Both the position numbers and the translations under genes were made by a program. From IMG/VR virus record IMGVR_UViG_3300021254_000029, positions 1 through 64,000 of that record: a stretch of DNA of 64,000 nucleotides, one strand, 5' to 3'. Under the pieces are notes generated by a model. It did no database searches. It saw only the letters and a program-made list of their open reading frames with translations, and was not told where the DNA came from. Below are positions 10,085 to 19,300 of the stretch, in pieces. The DNA comes from a virus. Lineage: Duplodnaviria; Caudoviricetes. The first letter of the stretch is position 1, and the number at the start of each line of letters is the position of its first letter.

Positions 10085-10429
10085 TTAAACGACTGTGCGG
10101 CTCATCAGCTGTAGTATGCCGCTCTCCTCGTCGTTGAATACGAGAAAGACACCTGTTCCGCCGATGAGGTCAGCCACAGTGACGGGAGTACCGTCGAAGA
10201 GGGTTAGGGCGCGGGTCTGACCGTTGCGGGTCAGTGTGACAGGCAGCGTCGTAGTCGTGCCCGTCGGGATGGCATCGGCAATCCGCACCGTGAAGTATCC
10301 GACTTGAGGGAGCGGACGACGGTATGAACCGAGGGCGAGATCTACAGATGTAGTGCCTACGGTTGTGTTCGTCGTGCGCAGGTAGGGGATACCGTTGATG
10401 TTAGTAGGTATGTTAGCGTAGCATCCCAT
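10085..10429 (-). CDS. small Thr-rich beta-strand protein
   Basis: 114-aa ORF in operon. Confidence 0.7.
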   Translation of the reverse strand: MGCYANIPTNINGIPYLRTTNTTVGTTSVDLALGSYRRPLPQVGYFTVRIADAIPTGTTTTLPVTLTRNGQTRALTLFDGTPVTVADLIGGTGVFLVFNDEESGILQLMSRTVV

Positions 10430-10445
10430 GGTTTACCTCCTTCCG

Positions 10446-11531
10446 TTAAAATCCGTAGTTACCGTAGTTGAAGCCGCCTCCGAACATGCCGTTGGGGTAG
10501 ATGCCACCGCTGACGTAAGGCGTCGCATTGACGGCTACCAGGTTCGGGAATGGCACATTGACCGTGTTAGGCAGCTTGCACTTGATGTCGTCCACTTCCT
10601 TGTTGAGGGCTGCGAGCTGTGCGTTAACTGGAGCCATCGTCTGTCCAACTACACCAGCGATATACTGATTCTGGTTTAGCTGAGAGATTTCGCCTGCCAA
10701 CTGAGTGTTCTTCTCGCGTGCGGCGTCGAGTTTGTCCTGCAGAGCCTGAGTCTGCATAGCATCGAGTTTGGCGAGGACAGCCTGCGTGTTGCGGTTGGCG
10801 CCGTCGGTGAGCGTGTAGGTCTGCTGACAGGTAGCCAGTTCGTCCTTCCCCGCATTGAGCGCCATCTGCGTCTGTATGCCGCCAAGTCCCCTTTCCACTC
10901 CGTTGAAGCCTTGATTGAGCCCCATCTGCACGCCATTGAAGCCAGCGTTCATACCCTGCTGAAGTTCGCTGGTCTGTTGTGCTATGGCAAACTTGTTGTC
11001 GCAGCAGCATTGACACAGTTGCTGACTGAGGGCAGCGTTGCCACTCTGGATGCTGTTGATGATTTGCAGCGGCGTCATCCCTTGCTGTGCGGCGATGCTT
11101 GCCAACGAAGACTGGATGAGCTGAATGCTGCTGTTGACGAGGTTGAAGTCTTGCCCCAGCATCGTGGAGAGAGTCTGTGTAGCCGTGCGGCTCTGCTCGC
11201 CCTGTGAGGTTACGGCCTGCATGATTAGGTCACGTCCGTTGTTGCCGTTAATCTGGCTGGAAAGGAAAGCTGCGCCGCTACCACCGCCCATGCCGTCACC
11301 GTTGCCATACCAGCCGAACATGCGGGCAAGGATGCCCATCGCGAACAACTCGGTGATGTTATTCATGTTCATCGCGCTCCAACCGCCCATGTTGCCGCCC
11401 CAGCCGCCAAAGCCGCCGAAGCCACCAGACATTCCTGCTCCAAGCATGAAAGGAACGACACCGTTAGCGAGCGCATTACCACCATTGCCTCCATTAGCGT
11501 CAGGAATGGAGAAAATTTTCATGTCACTCAT
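10446..11531 (-). CDS. G/N/Q/M-rich protein with CQCCC motif and coiled coil
   Basis: 361 aa; Gly-rich hydrophobic N-terminus; TAATTTTG box ~11608-11615 upstream. Confidence 0.75.
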   Translation of the reverse strand: MSDMKIFSIPDANGGNGGNALANGVVPFMLGAGMSGGFGGFGGWGGNMGGWSAMNMNNITELFAMGILARMFGWYGNGDGMGGGSGAAFLSSQINGNNGRDLIMQAVTSQGEQSRTATQTLSTMLGQDFNLVNSSIQLIQSSLASIAAQQGMTPLQIINSIQSGNAALSQQLCQCCCDNKFAIAQQTSELQQGMNAGFNGVQMGLNQGFNGVERGLGGIQTQMALNAGKDELATCQQTYTLTDGANRNTQAVLAKLDAMQTQALQDKLDAAREKNTQLAGEISQLNQNQYIAGVVGQTMAPVNAQLAALNKEVDDIKCKLPNTVNVPFPNLVAVNATPYVSGGIYPNGMFGGGFNYGNYGF

Positions 11532-11699
11532 AATGAGAATGTGTTTGTGTTTGTGTGAATAAAAAGGGTGAAAGATCTCGTGATTCGGGACATCCCGAAC
11601 GTTGCAGCAAAATTACCCGCTTGCCACACAGGCACAAAGCCATTCCACATAAAACACCTGAAGACGCAGCTTCACTTCGGCAATACTCTTTTCAATCCA

Positions 11700-11930
11700 T
11701 TAGTACACAACTTCTTTCATGTGGTTGATGATATTATACACCTGACGATTAGAGATTCCATATCGCTCAGCCAAAGTGATGAACACAGCCTTCCTATTTT
11801 TCTCATTTTTCGACATTTCGACATAATCACGGTATAGTTCGCAGTACTTATAATCATCCATACGGATACCAACCTGTTTCATCTTTTGAAGCAGTTCTTT
11901 GTTAAAATCAATTAAATCTGCACGTATCAT
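11700..11930 (-). CDS. small HTH regulator (Mor/C-like)
   Basis: LAERYGISNRQVYNII resembles Mor-family C-terminal HTH. Confidence 0.6.
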   Translation of the reverse strand: MIRADLIDFNKELLQKMKQVGIRMDDYKYCELYRDYVEMSKNEKNRKAVFITLAERYGISNRQVYNIINHMKEVVY

Positions 11931-11955
11931 AGATATATTATTTCATAAATATAAT

Positions 11956-12110
11956 TATATTTGCAGCCTCTTACCTTCACGCTCAAACAATAAGACGCCC
12001 GCCAATGACGGAGGAAGAGGACTTACAGGTCCCCGGCCTTTCCGTCATTGGCGGGCTTAGCGTAAAAAGAAGGTAAGAGAGCTTTTTGTGCAGAGGTCGG
12101 GGACTTTTTA
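11956..12110 (+). ncRNA. putative structured ncRNA (long hairpin)
   Basis: TATATTTG box 11956-11963; nested stems CTCTTACCTTC/GAAGGTAAGAG and GCCCGCCAATGACGGA/TCCGTCATTGGCGGGC; U-tract. Confidence 0.6.
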
Positions 12111-12132
12111 TATTCCCCTTTTATATCAAGTC

Positions 12133-12768
12133 TCAGACATAATCAAAGACAAATACACGGTTAGGTGTTTCTCGCTGAGCCTTAGTTGGATTCCCATTTT
12201 CTTTAGCCCTTTTCTTTATGCTTTTGAATGGGAATGCGATTATTCCTTTGAGCTGTTTGTGCCATGCCTTGTCGCGCTTATAGGGGACATAAGACAGGTC
12301 GGTGATAGCCAGTCCAGGGCGACTATTCCACAGCACTTTCCAGTTTTTCTTGATAACAGCGCCTATTACACAAGGCCATTGCCGCGCCATAACCTGCTGA
12401 TTGAAGTATTCGCTGAAGAGTCCTTCGTCAGAGTCGTTGCCGCGCTCAAGCATGATGCGTGCCACGCCTCCACACTGCTGTATCTGGCGAAGTACGCTAT
12501 CGAGTGTTATCCGGTATGTGCCTGCATCGCGCCCTGTCTTGCTGTCTGTTTTTCCTAACATTGCGAGATCAACCTCTCCATGTGCGAACTTCCAGTAGAC
12601 AGACCCTTTCGCATTGCTGTCATACGCCACGCGTATATCAAACCATCGCACACCGGCATCAATCTGCTCGCTGAGCGTCTTGTCCTGGCATCGCCAGTAC
12701 CCAGCGATAGCCTCCCATACCTTGCTCTTTGCCTTCAGGTATGTCATAGAATTGTGAGTCCCAATCAT
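12133..12768 (-). CDS. PI-PLC X-domain-like phosphodiesterase
   Basis: IGTHNS, CQDKTLSEQIDAGVRWFDIRV and FAHG motifs. Confidence 0.75.
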   Translation of the reverse strand: MIGTHNSMTYLKAKSKVWEAIAGYWRCQDKTLSEQIDAGVRWFDIRVAYDSNAKGSVYWKFAHGEVDLAMLGKTDSKTGRDAGTYRITLDSVLRQIQQCGGVARIMLERGNDSDEGLFSEYFNQQVMARQWPCVIGAVIKKNWKVLWNSRPGLAITDLSYVPYKRDKAWHKQLKGIIAFPFKSIKKRAKENGNPTKAQRETPNRVFVFDYV

Positions 12769-12773
12769 AATTT

Positions 12774-13976
12774 TTAAAATTTTATATTTTCAAGCTGCTC
12801 TGTTGTATCAATATCAACAGCGTTATCAACAATAATAGGTTGCATAACTCCAACCTGATATAGACTATCAAATGCTAAGGCGTCTGTATGGAAACATTCT
12901 ACTGCACCAGTAATACGAACTGTCTTAGGTAATAATTGACGTGCCACACTTGCGGGAGGTAATGCCTGTGAGTTGGGCAGATACACTCCGTTCTCTTCTC
13001 TAAAAATCGCTGTGGGTTTAAATTCTAAAGGAACAGCTGTTGCTGTCAAGCTTGCCAAAGCTAATCCTTCAAAACATTTTTCGACCCACTCTGGCTTAAG
13101 ATACGGTGAAGTGCATTGTACAAGTGCTATATCACCAGAGAAACCGGTCTCAACCTGCCATTTTCTCAGAGTTTTTGTCACATCCTCAAAAGCATATATT
13201 TGAGGTACTTCTACTGTATTTATCTTATATTTCTTTTTAGCTTGATGTAATAAATCATAATCATCTCCGACAACATATATTGGATAATTCAGTTTAGTCA
13301 ATTTCTCCAAGCAAGGAAGAAGTAATTTTTTATTCTTTTTCGGAGCACCTTGTGAATTTGCCTTAATAGGTACCACTATTGCTTTCGGAATCTCTTTAAG
13401 AGGTGGCTCCACAATTCTTAAAGACTGAAGTTGCGCGATAGCATTTAACATTACAGGACGTTCTTCATCTGCAACATTACTATAATGCTTTGCATCAGTA
13501 GCAATGTAATTTAGCCAAGCATCATCGTGACCCTCATTGGAGAATCCGTAGACGTGAACTTCTGCATTAGTCAAATTCTGAGCAAGATAACACAAAGAAC
13601 ATGTCCCTGTAGTAAACTTCCACCAAGGCTGAAACCAGTTTGTTCCATTATCAACACGTATTCCTTTACCGTAAGCTCTGTGGACATTCGTATCATAATG
13701 ATCTGGTCTCTTGACCAAGAATATGGCAGGTCTTTGTTTTTGGACAATATTAATATGAGCTTTGCCACTATTTACAGCATCGTACCAAGCCTGAGCTACA
13801 GTTTGTAACACAATATCTACACGTTTTCCAACTAATCCGCTGTCATAATTATAGAAATGATTAAATCTTATAACTACATCAGCGTTATCTATCTCAGCAG
13901 AAAAATCTCTGCTTACCATGGAATTGCCTACAATCGCAATTCTCTTTCCATATAACATTTGTAAAAGTCTATTCAT
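12774..13976 (-). CDS. GT29 (sialyltransferase-like) + NeuA/CMAS-like cytidylyltransferase fusion
   Basis: N-term IAIVGNS...IDNADVVIRFN; C-term VPIKANSQGAPKKN, LVQCTSPY, RQLLP, VDIDT. Confidence 0.7.
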   Translation of the reverse strand: MNRLLQMLYGKRIAIVGNSMVSRDFSAEIDNADVVIRFNHFYNYDSGLVGKRVDIVLQTVAQAWYDAVNSGKAHINIVQKQRPAIFLVKRPDHYDTNVHRAYGKGIRVDNGTNWFQPWWKFTTGTCSLCYLAQNLTNAEVHVYGFSNEGHDDAWLNYIATDAKHYSNVADEERPVMLNAIAQLQSLRIVEPPLKEIPKAIVVPIKANSQGAPKKNKKLLLPCLEKLTKLNYPIYVVGDDYDLLHQAKKKYKINTVEVPQIYAFEDVTKTLRKWQVETGFSGDIALVQCTSPYLKPEWVEKCFEGLALASLTATAVPLEFKPTAIFREENGVYLPNSQALPPASVARQLLPKTVRITGAVECFHTDALAFDSLYQVGVMQPIIVDNAVDIDTTEQLENIKF

Positions 13977-13977
13977 A

Positions 13978-16896
13978 TTAATTTACATCTATTTCTTGTT
14001 TTGAGATGAGCCAGAACTGGCCATTCCAAAAAGCGGTGATTTCATATTCACGTCCGCTGTCAATGGGGTTATCTATATAATCTTTGGTATATTTAATTGT
14101 CTGTCCGGAAGTAAAGGAAATAGCAGGCTGGTCAGAAGCAGTGACATACAGCTTTGAAGTTGTTGACAAACCTTCTGAGGCTATCGGTAAAGATACAGAC
14201 AAACTATTTACAGGAACTGTAAGGATTGTACAAACATCTAACCCAAGACTTATGCTTGTTTTTGCTGTAGTAAATGTTATTAATCCCATTCCTGTCTGTT
14301 CCATTAAATATTCAATATAGTCGAGAGAAGGAATCAACTGTTCACTATTTGCATGAGCTGCAGCACCTTCAGGATCACTTCTTGTAACTACATATTCAAC
14401 ATAATCACCTTTGTCATTAACAAGTGTGACCTTATCGTTTGTTGTCCCGAAGTGTTCCTCGTTAAACTGAGGCAAGACAACAGTCTGTGGAATAACAGAT
14501 TTCACGAAAGCAGTCGTAGCAACCTGATTATTGTTACTATTAGCTTCTGCCGTTGGTGCTGTCGGAGTACCTGTTAAAGCTGGAGAATTAAGGGGAGCAT
14601 AAGCAGTATCATCCGTGGAACCATCAGCTTTTAAGAACTGAGAGGCAGTACCTCCAGACTTAATGAAAGAGGAAGCAGTAATAGGTCCTTTACTTTTTGC
14701 TTTTTTCTCCAACACAGACACTCTGCTGAGATATCGCAAATCAGTGACAGGAGCTAAGGATGTGAGACTGGCTTCACTATTAGGCAACGTTTCACTTACA
14801 CCCCAAGCATCTTCTTTAAAATCAACAGGTAAGTCAAAATTATCAAGGATATACTCTTCAGGGGTAGCAAGTTCGTAGTACAGTATCACATCAGACATAG
14901 CGGCTTTGAAGGAGGCTACGTCGGTATAAGAAGAGTCCTTGACAAAAATTTGATTCCTATCGACGTACCCACATTGTTTGTCAGACAAATCTGAATACTC
15001 GCCCCCAAAAGGATATGCCGAACAAATCGCATAAAACTTGTTTTTTGCTGTTGGGTTTAACGCCGCAGACATACCTCTGAGATTACTACGGTAAATCCAA
15101 CTCAGTGTCCCCAAATCCACACTCCCTACTCTCTTAATAGCCTTAGTAATACCGTTCTCAACTTTTATTTCATCATATACATTTCCAACTCTTTTCATTC
15201 CGTCAGGAAAGACAGCTACACTCTCACCTTCACCATTTAGCTTACCTGTGATAGTTGTAATATTCAACGGAGCTATATTTTCCCAGTAAGGCTCATATTC
15301 ATCATTACGTTGTCCTGCAAAATGTACACAAGTAGTACTATCTGCACCTTCTATAGTTATATATTCAGTACTTGGAACATAAAATCCATCAGAATCAAGC
15401 GTAATCTCTTCTTCTCCGTCAAGCACCTTAGTATAAGAACCAGTAACCTGAACTTGTTGTCCTTTAATCACATGGGCCTTATTAGTTGCCAAGTTAAACA
15501 AGTTAAATCCTGTAGTTTTAAACGCAGTGCTCTTGACTGATATAATCTCACCCTCATTATAATCATAGTAATCTCTTAGACCTATATTCTTATCAAGCCA
15601 GTCTTCAAAATCCTCTGTGGTTGATGGTTCCTTATCTGTGCCGAACATTCGGGTAAGGTTAAACATGTTCTTATTATTTATAAGAAATTTATTATTATCT
15701 TTCCCTATTTTATCAGCTGGATTACATACCGGGCGTACTGCAAAACCGCGGCACCGATTGTCGTAGTACTGCGAACTGACTCCGCCACTGCTGAAGCCCA
15801 GGCCCCGCGCGTTGCGGGCTGAGTTCCACGTCGAAGACCAGTAGCGGCCGTACGACCCGCGGTAGTGCCACGAGCGGCCAGCTCCGATACCCGAGCAGGA
15901 CAAGAACAGACGTGCGCCGTTGAGTTTGCTCTGGATGTACAGGCCCATCACGCCGTTCACGCTCACTCGCTTGTCGGTCTTCGTGGTGTCCACCTCGTTG
16001 CCATCTGCATCAATGTAGATGATGTTGGCGAACAGCTCAATGAACTCCGTTGTGGTTGGCATCCTAAAAATACTTCCCAGAACTTCCTGAGCAGCATCAT
16101 AACCACTATTTAAAGCAATAAAAGAAGACAAAGAATTGCCTGGTGTGTCAGCATAAACTTGTCCGTCATACCAAGGGGCGGCAGAATTTATATTACCCCA
16201 ATCATAATCAAAAGAAGATGTACTGATTGGATTATGTCCTTCTACATTACCCCAAGAAAAAAATGAGCAATCGTACTGAAACTCACTGGCTGCTAACTTG
16301 TCAGCTTGAGTAATATCTATATTTTTTCTACACCATAAAGTGCCACTTGGGAGACCCATATCAACCCAATCATCTTGGTTCATGGCTTGATTCCACACTA
16401 CAGTATTACCTTGCAATCGAGTTATCTCACCTTCCCCAGTTTCTCGGCTTCGTATAAATGTTGTTGTGATGCCATTGTAGAATTTATCAGCCAAAGGATC
16501 AGTAGTAGCATTATAAGAATCCCAGCAGCCACCTTCTACACGGGAACTATTATAGACAAATAAGTAAGTAGACGACTTACTGAATAAGTCCTCCGCTCCT
16601 GTTTGTTGAAAATATACTGGTTTGGCACCCAGTCCGTTAATGTTTATTGTAAATTCTGACGCAGAATTTATCACATCATTTGTCAAATAAACACATATAC
16701 CGTCTCTTAATTCAGTAATTCCTTCGATTGTAGCAGTAAATTCTGTAGAGGTCGATGTACTATCCACCTGTCCGGAAGGAATACCTATAGCCAGGTCAGC
16801 AGGAATAATATCCGTTCCTGACCGACCTGAGCTTGCGAACATAGATTTCATTTTAGCCCAAAGATAGGCTAAACCAGTTGGATTAAGATATTTCAC
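13978..16896 (-). CDS. tail fibre/receptor-binding protein with internal DGR-type CLec domain
   Basis: VDMGLPSGTLW...RMPT..EF.EL...YWSS...GFAVRPV; tail-fibre repeats (SFIKSGGTASQFLKADGS, SPALTGTPTAPT, VATTAFV); GTG start. Confidence 0.85.
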   Translation of the reverse strand: MKYLNPTGLAYLWAKMKSMFASSGRSGTDIIPADLAIGIPSGQVDSTSTSTEFTATIEGITELRDGICVYLTNDVINSASEFTININGLGAKPVYFQQTGAEDLFSKSSTYLFVYNSSRVEGGCWDSYNATTDPLADKFYNGITTTFIRSRETGEGEITRLQGNTVVWNQAMNQDDWVDMGLPSGTLWCRKNIDITQADKLAASEFQYDCSFFSWGNVEGHNPISTSSFDYDWGNINSAAPWYDGQVYADTPGNSLSSFIALNSGYDAAQEVLGSIFRMPTTTEFIELFANIIYIDADGNEVDTTKTDKRVSVNGVMGLYIQSKLNGARLFLSCSGIGAGRSWHYRGSYGRYWSSTWNSARNARGLGFSSGGVSSQYYDNRCRGFAVRPVCNPADKIGKDNNKFLINNKNMFNLTRMFGTDKEPSTTEDFEDWLDKNIGLRDYYDYNEGEIISVKSTAFKTTGFNLFNLATNKAHVIKGQQVQVTGSYTKVLDGEEEITLDSDGFYVPSTEYITIEGADSTTCVHFAGQRNDEYEPYWENIAPLNITTITGKLNGEGESVAVFPDGMKRVGNVYDEIKVENGITKAIKRVGSVDLGTLSWIYRSNLRGMSAALNPTAKNKFYAICSAYPFGGEYSDLSDKQCGYVDRNQIFVKDSSYTDVASFKAAMSDVILYYELATPEEYILDNFDLPVDFKEDAWGVSETLPNSEASLTSLAPVTDLRYLSRVSVLEKKAKSKGPITASSFIKSGGTASQFLKADGSTDDTAYAPLNSPALTGTPTAPTAEANSNNNQVATTAFVKSVIPQTVVLPQFNEEHFGTTNDKVTLVNDKGDYVEYVVTRSDPEGAAAHANSEQLIPSLDYIEYLMEQTGMGLITFTTAKTSISLGLDVCTILTVPVNSLSVSLPIASEGLSTTSKLYVTASDQPAISFTSGQTIKYTKDYIDNPIDSGREYEITAFWNGQFWLISKQEIDVN
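15727..15905 (-). other. DGR variable region (VR)
   Basis: NNY codons at positions where Bacteroidetes template repeats carry AAY; ends GGTTTTGCAGTACGCCCGGT. Confidence 0.75.
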
Positions 16897-16997
16897 GATT
16901 TTTAGTTAAGGATTATGAGAACTGAAGTGAGAGAAGGGGTGCGACAAAGTCGCAACATGCTGGACTGATGGGAGCTAAGCCTTCAGCTGGGACAGAA

Positions 16998-17024
16998 GCG
17001 GTCCTGCAAAGACAGCAGGACCGC
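16998..17024 (-). terminator. hairpin / putative terminator
   Basis: GCGGTCCTGC-loop-GCAGGACCGC. Confidence 0.5.
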
Positions 17025-17038
17025 TATTAGAGCAGCGT

Positions 17039-18358
17039 CTATCCGGCGTTAGGCGTCTGGTCAGTTGCGTCATCAATCTCGGCACTGGTCATTGGGTCGA
17101 GGTTGGCTTGAACGACCGTGAGGTTTTCTGCGTTGTACTCAGAGCCATCGGCGATGGCATAGATAAGGTCGCCTGCCTGCAGCTCTCCCAATCCGGCAAA
17201 GGTGCCGGGTGTTTTAACGAGCCAGTACCATCCATTCTTATAGTTGACAATTTGTGTGCCGTAGTTAGTGGGAAGCACAGCACCTTTGAATGTTGCCGAG
17301 CCTGTCTGGGCGGCAGCCACCTCATCCTTTACGAATTTTGTTGTGGCGAGCGTCGTATCATTTGATGACGAGACGGGGTTGGAGCTGGCCTTTCCATTAG
17401 TGAGCGTTTTATTTGTAAGTGTTTGTTCAGCCGTCAAGGACACGGTCTCGACCCCCCCCGTGTAAACTTTGCCGTTCTTGATGTAGGCGCCACTATTAGA
17501 GTACGTCTGTGGGTGATCGCCTTGCGACTTAGCTCCCACGATAAACAGACAACCGGAGTCTTCCGTGCTGCCCGCAGTGTTGCGTGTATCCGTTGCCTGG
17601 CCAAAACCAACGAGGGTGACATGTCCTCTTTCGTCAGTCTGGACTCCCGTAACAACTGCGACGGTGGCACCTGGTTGAGGGTCTGCCATGCCATCACAAC
17701 TATTCCAGCACTTAAACGTTGAAGGCACGTAGTGGTTGTTGGCGCATGTCACCTGCGTGTCCGTATTAGGATTTTCAGGCATCACCACATGAATGAGGTC
17801 GCCTGCAACGCAGGCCACCTCCGCCCTCTGGCCCCACTCCAGTTGCGGGGATTTATCGATAACTACCACATAACAACTTGTATTATCCTTCCTCACGAAA
17901 TCTCTGTCTACCTGGAAGGCATTGAACGCACGTTCTTTGCTTATTGCAGATCCTGTCGTGCTGGAATCTCCGATGATTATCGCTGTACTTTTTCCCGCGT
18001 CAACGATAGTAGTAGCGTGAGCTATATTGGTAGCTTTTCCATTGATCGTCTGAGTAAGATTGCCGCATTTCGTGTCAAAATTGACGTTGGTCACAACATC
18101 TTTAGTCTTAGTTGTAATCTTGATAGCCCCGCTGTTAACGTCTTTTGCAACGGTCGTCTGGATATTATCGCCACTGACGAACTGAAGGGTATTGGAGTCC
18201 GCTCCCGCAGTGTAGGTAGTCGATGATGTAGGGTCTTCTGCATTCGCGCCCGTTACCTTTTGCCAAGCGAAGATGCTACCCACACCATCGCCCACATACT
18301 TTTTGATTTTATTCCAAAGGTACTGAAGACCTTGGTAATCAAGATACTTTGTTGCCAT
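17039..18358 (-). CDS. tail-fibre-associated protein
   Basis: N-term KYLDYQGLQYLW; EQTLTNKTL and LATTKFV fibre motifs; C-term MTSAEIDD. Confidence 0.7.
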   Translation of the reverse strand: MATKYLDYQGLQYLWNKIKKYVGDGVGSIFAWQKVTGANAEDPTSSTTYTAGADSNTLQFVSGDNIQTTVAKDVNSGAIKITTKTKDVVTNVNFDTKCGNLTQTINGKATNIAHATTIVDAGKSTAIIIGDSSTTGSAISKERAFNAFQVDRDFVRKDNTSCYVVVIDKSPQLEWGQRAEVACVAGDLIHVVMPENPNTDTQVTCANNHYVPSTFKCWNSCDGMADPQPGATVAVVTGVQTDERGHVTLVGFGQATDTRNTAGSTEDSGCLFIVGAKSQGDHPQTYSNSGAYIKNGKVYTGGVETVSLTAEQTLTNKTLTNGKASSNPVSSSNDTTLATTKFVKDEVAAAQTGSATFKGAVLPTNYGTQIVNYKNGWYWLVKTPGTFAGLGELQAGDLIYAIADGSEYNAENLTVVQANLDPMTSAEIDDATDQTPNAG

Positions 18359-18379
18359 ATTCGTATTGTGTTTATGTTG

Positions 18380-18568
18380 TTAATAATCTGTGCAGATGTC
18401 GTCTATGTCGCGTTGGGACAGAGTTCCAATATTATCAAGTTTATCTTTATCGGTGCTGCTCATAGTGCCGCCCTTCAAAGGCGTAGCATCTTCAAGCGCC
18501 TCTATTTTATTGAGCAAGTCCCGGACATTATCGCCTTTTCTTTCAATTTTATATCCCTCGTAATTCAT
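18380..18568 (-). CDS. small tail-fibre-associated protein
   Basis: AT...G.MS..DK.KLD motif; C-term LSQRDIDD. Confidence 0.6.
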   Translation of the reverse strand: MNYEGYKIERKGDNVRDLLNKIEALEDATPLKGGTMSSTDKDKLDNIGTLSQRDIDDICTDY

Positions 18569-18571
18569 ATT

Positions 18572-18844
18572 TTATTTTTTTAGCACGAGCATGTATTCGT
18601 TATCAATAGTTATCAGATTACCCTCGATGACCTGTAGGTATTCATAGCGTTCAGCCACACCTACCCCACAGACAAGCGCCGCAGAGATTTTTAAGTGCTC
18701 TGTCCGGAGAACCGCCTTGACGCAAAAGCAGCCAATGCGCTCCGCCTTTACCCTCGGCGGCGTTGAGAGGATTCGGGCTGACAACTTTAAGCACCCCAAG
18801 ATACACTGCTTGACATTCCGATGTTGGCATCCCATATTATCCAT
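18572..18844 (-). CDS. hypothetical protein
   Basis: ORF coupled to neighbours. Confidence 0.55.
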   Translation of the reverse strand: MDNMGCQHRNVKQCILGCLKLSARILSTPPRVKAERIGCFCVKAVLRTEHLKISAALVCGVGVAERYEYLQVIEGNLITIDNEYMLVLKK

Positions 18845-19157
18845 GATGAATTATCCGGCAAAGGTCTAAATACCCCACCTCCCGCCGTCGATGCGATGGG
18901 AAATCATCGTCAGGAACATGGGCTGTCACTTTCATTTTAAGAATACCTTCAGGGAATTTCGTGGTGTCCACTAAAAGGTAGCATTGTCCTTCGGAATCGA
19001 AGGTGATTTCTTCCTCTGTCACTTTCTGGCAGACAGAGCCACACCGCAACTCTATATCAAAGTCATCCGTGGCCATGTCAAAGCCTTTCGCCTTGATGTC
19101 TATAGCGAATTTCAGGTCAGAGCCTATATAATATCCTTCGGAGCAGTTGCAAGCCAT
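18837..19157 (-). CDS. BppU-N-like baseplate/fibre adaptor (tentative)
   Basis: IGSDLKFAIDI...VDTTKFPEG.LK; first gene of fibre operon after late motif 19202-19211. Confidence 0.5.
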   Translation of the reverse strand: MACNCSEGYYIGSDLKFAIDIKAKGFDMATDDFDIELRCGSVCQKVTEEEITFDSEGQCYLLVDTTKFPEGILKMKVTAHVPDDDFPSHRRREVGYLDLCRIIHHG

Positions 19158-19300
19158 GAGATTGTTTTTATAATGTAAAATTAGAAATTATCTGTGCTTG
19201 GGTCAAGGGCAGGGAGGGGAGGGGTTGCGACACAGTCGCAACATACGGGACGACTGGTGAAGGAATGGGAGGGAGGAAAGGGAGGACGGTGTTTTAGGGG

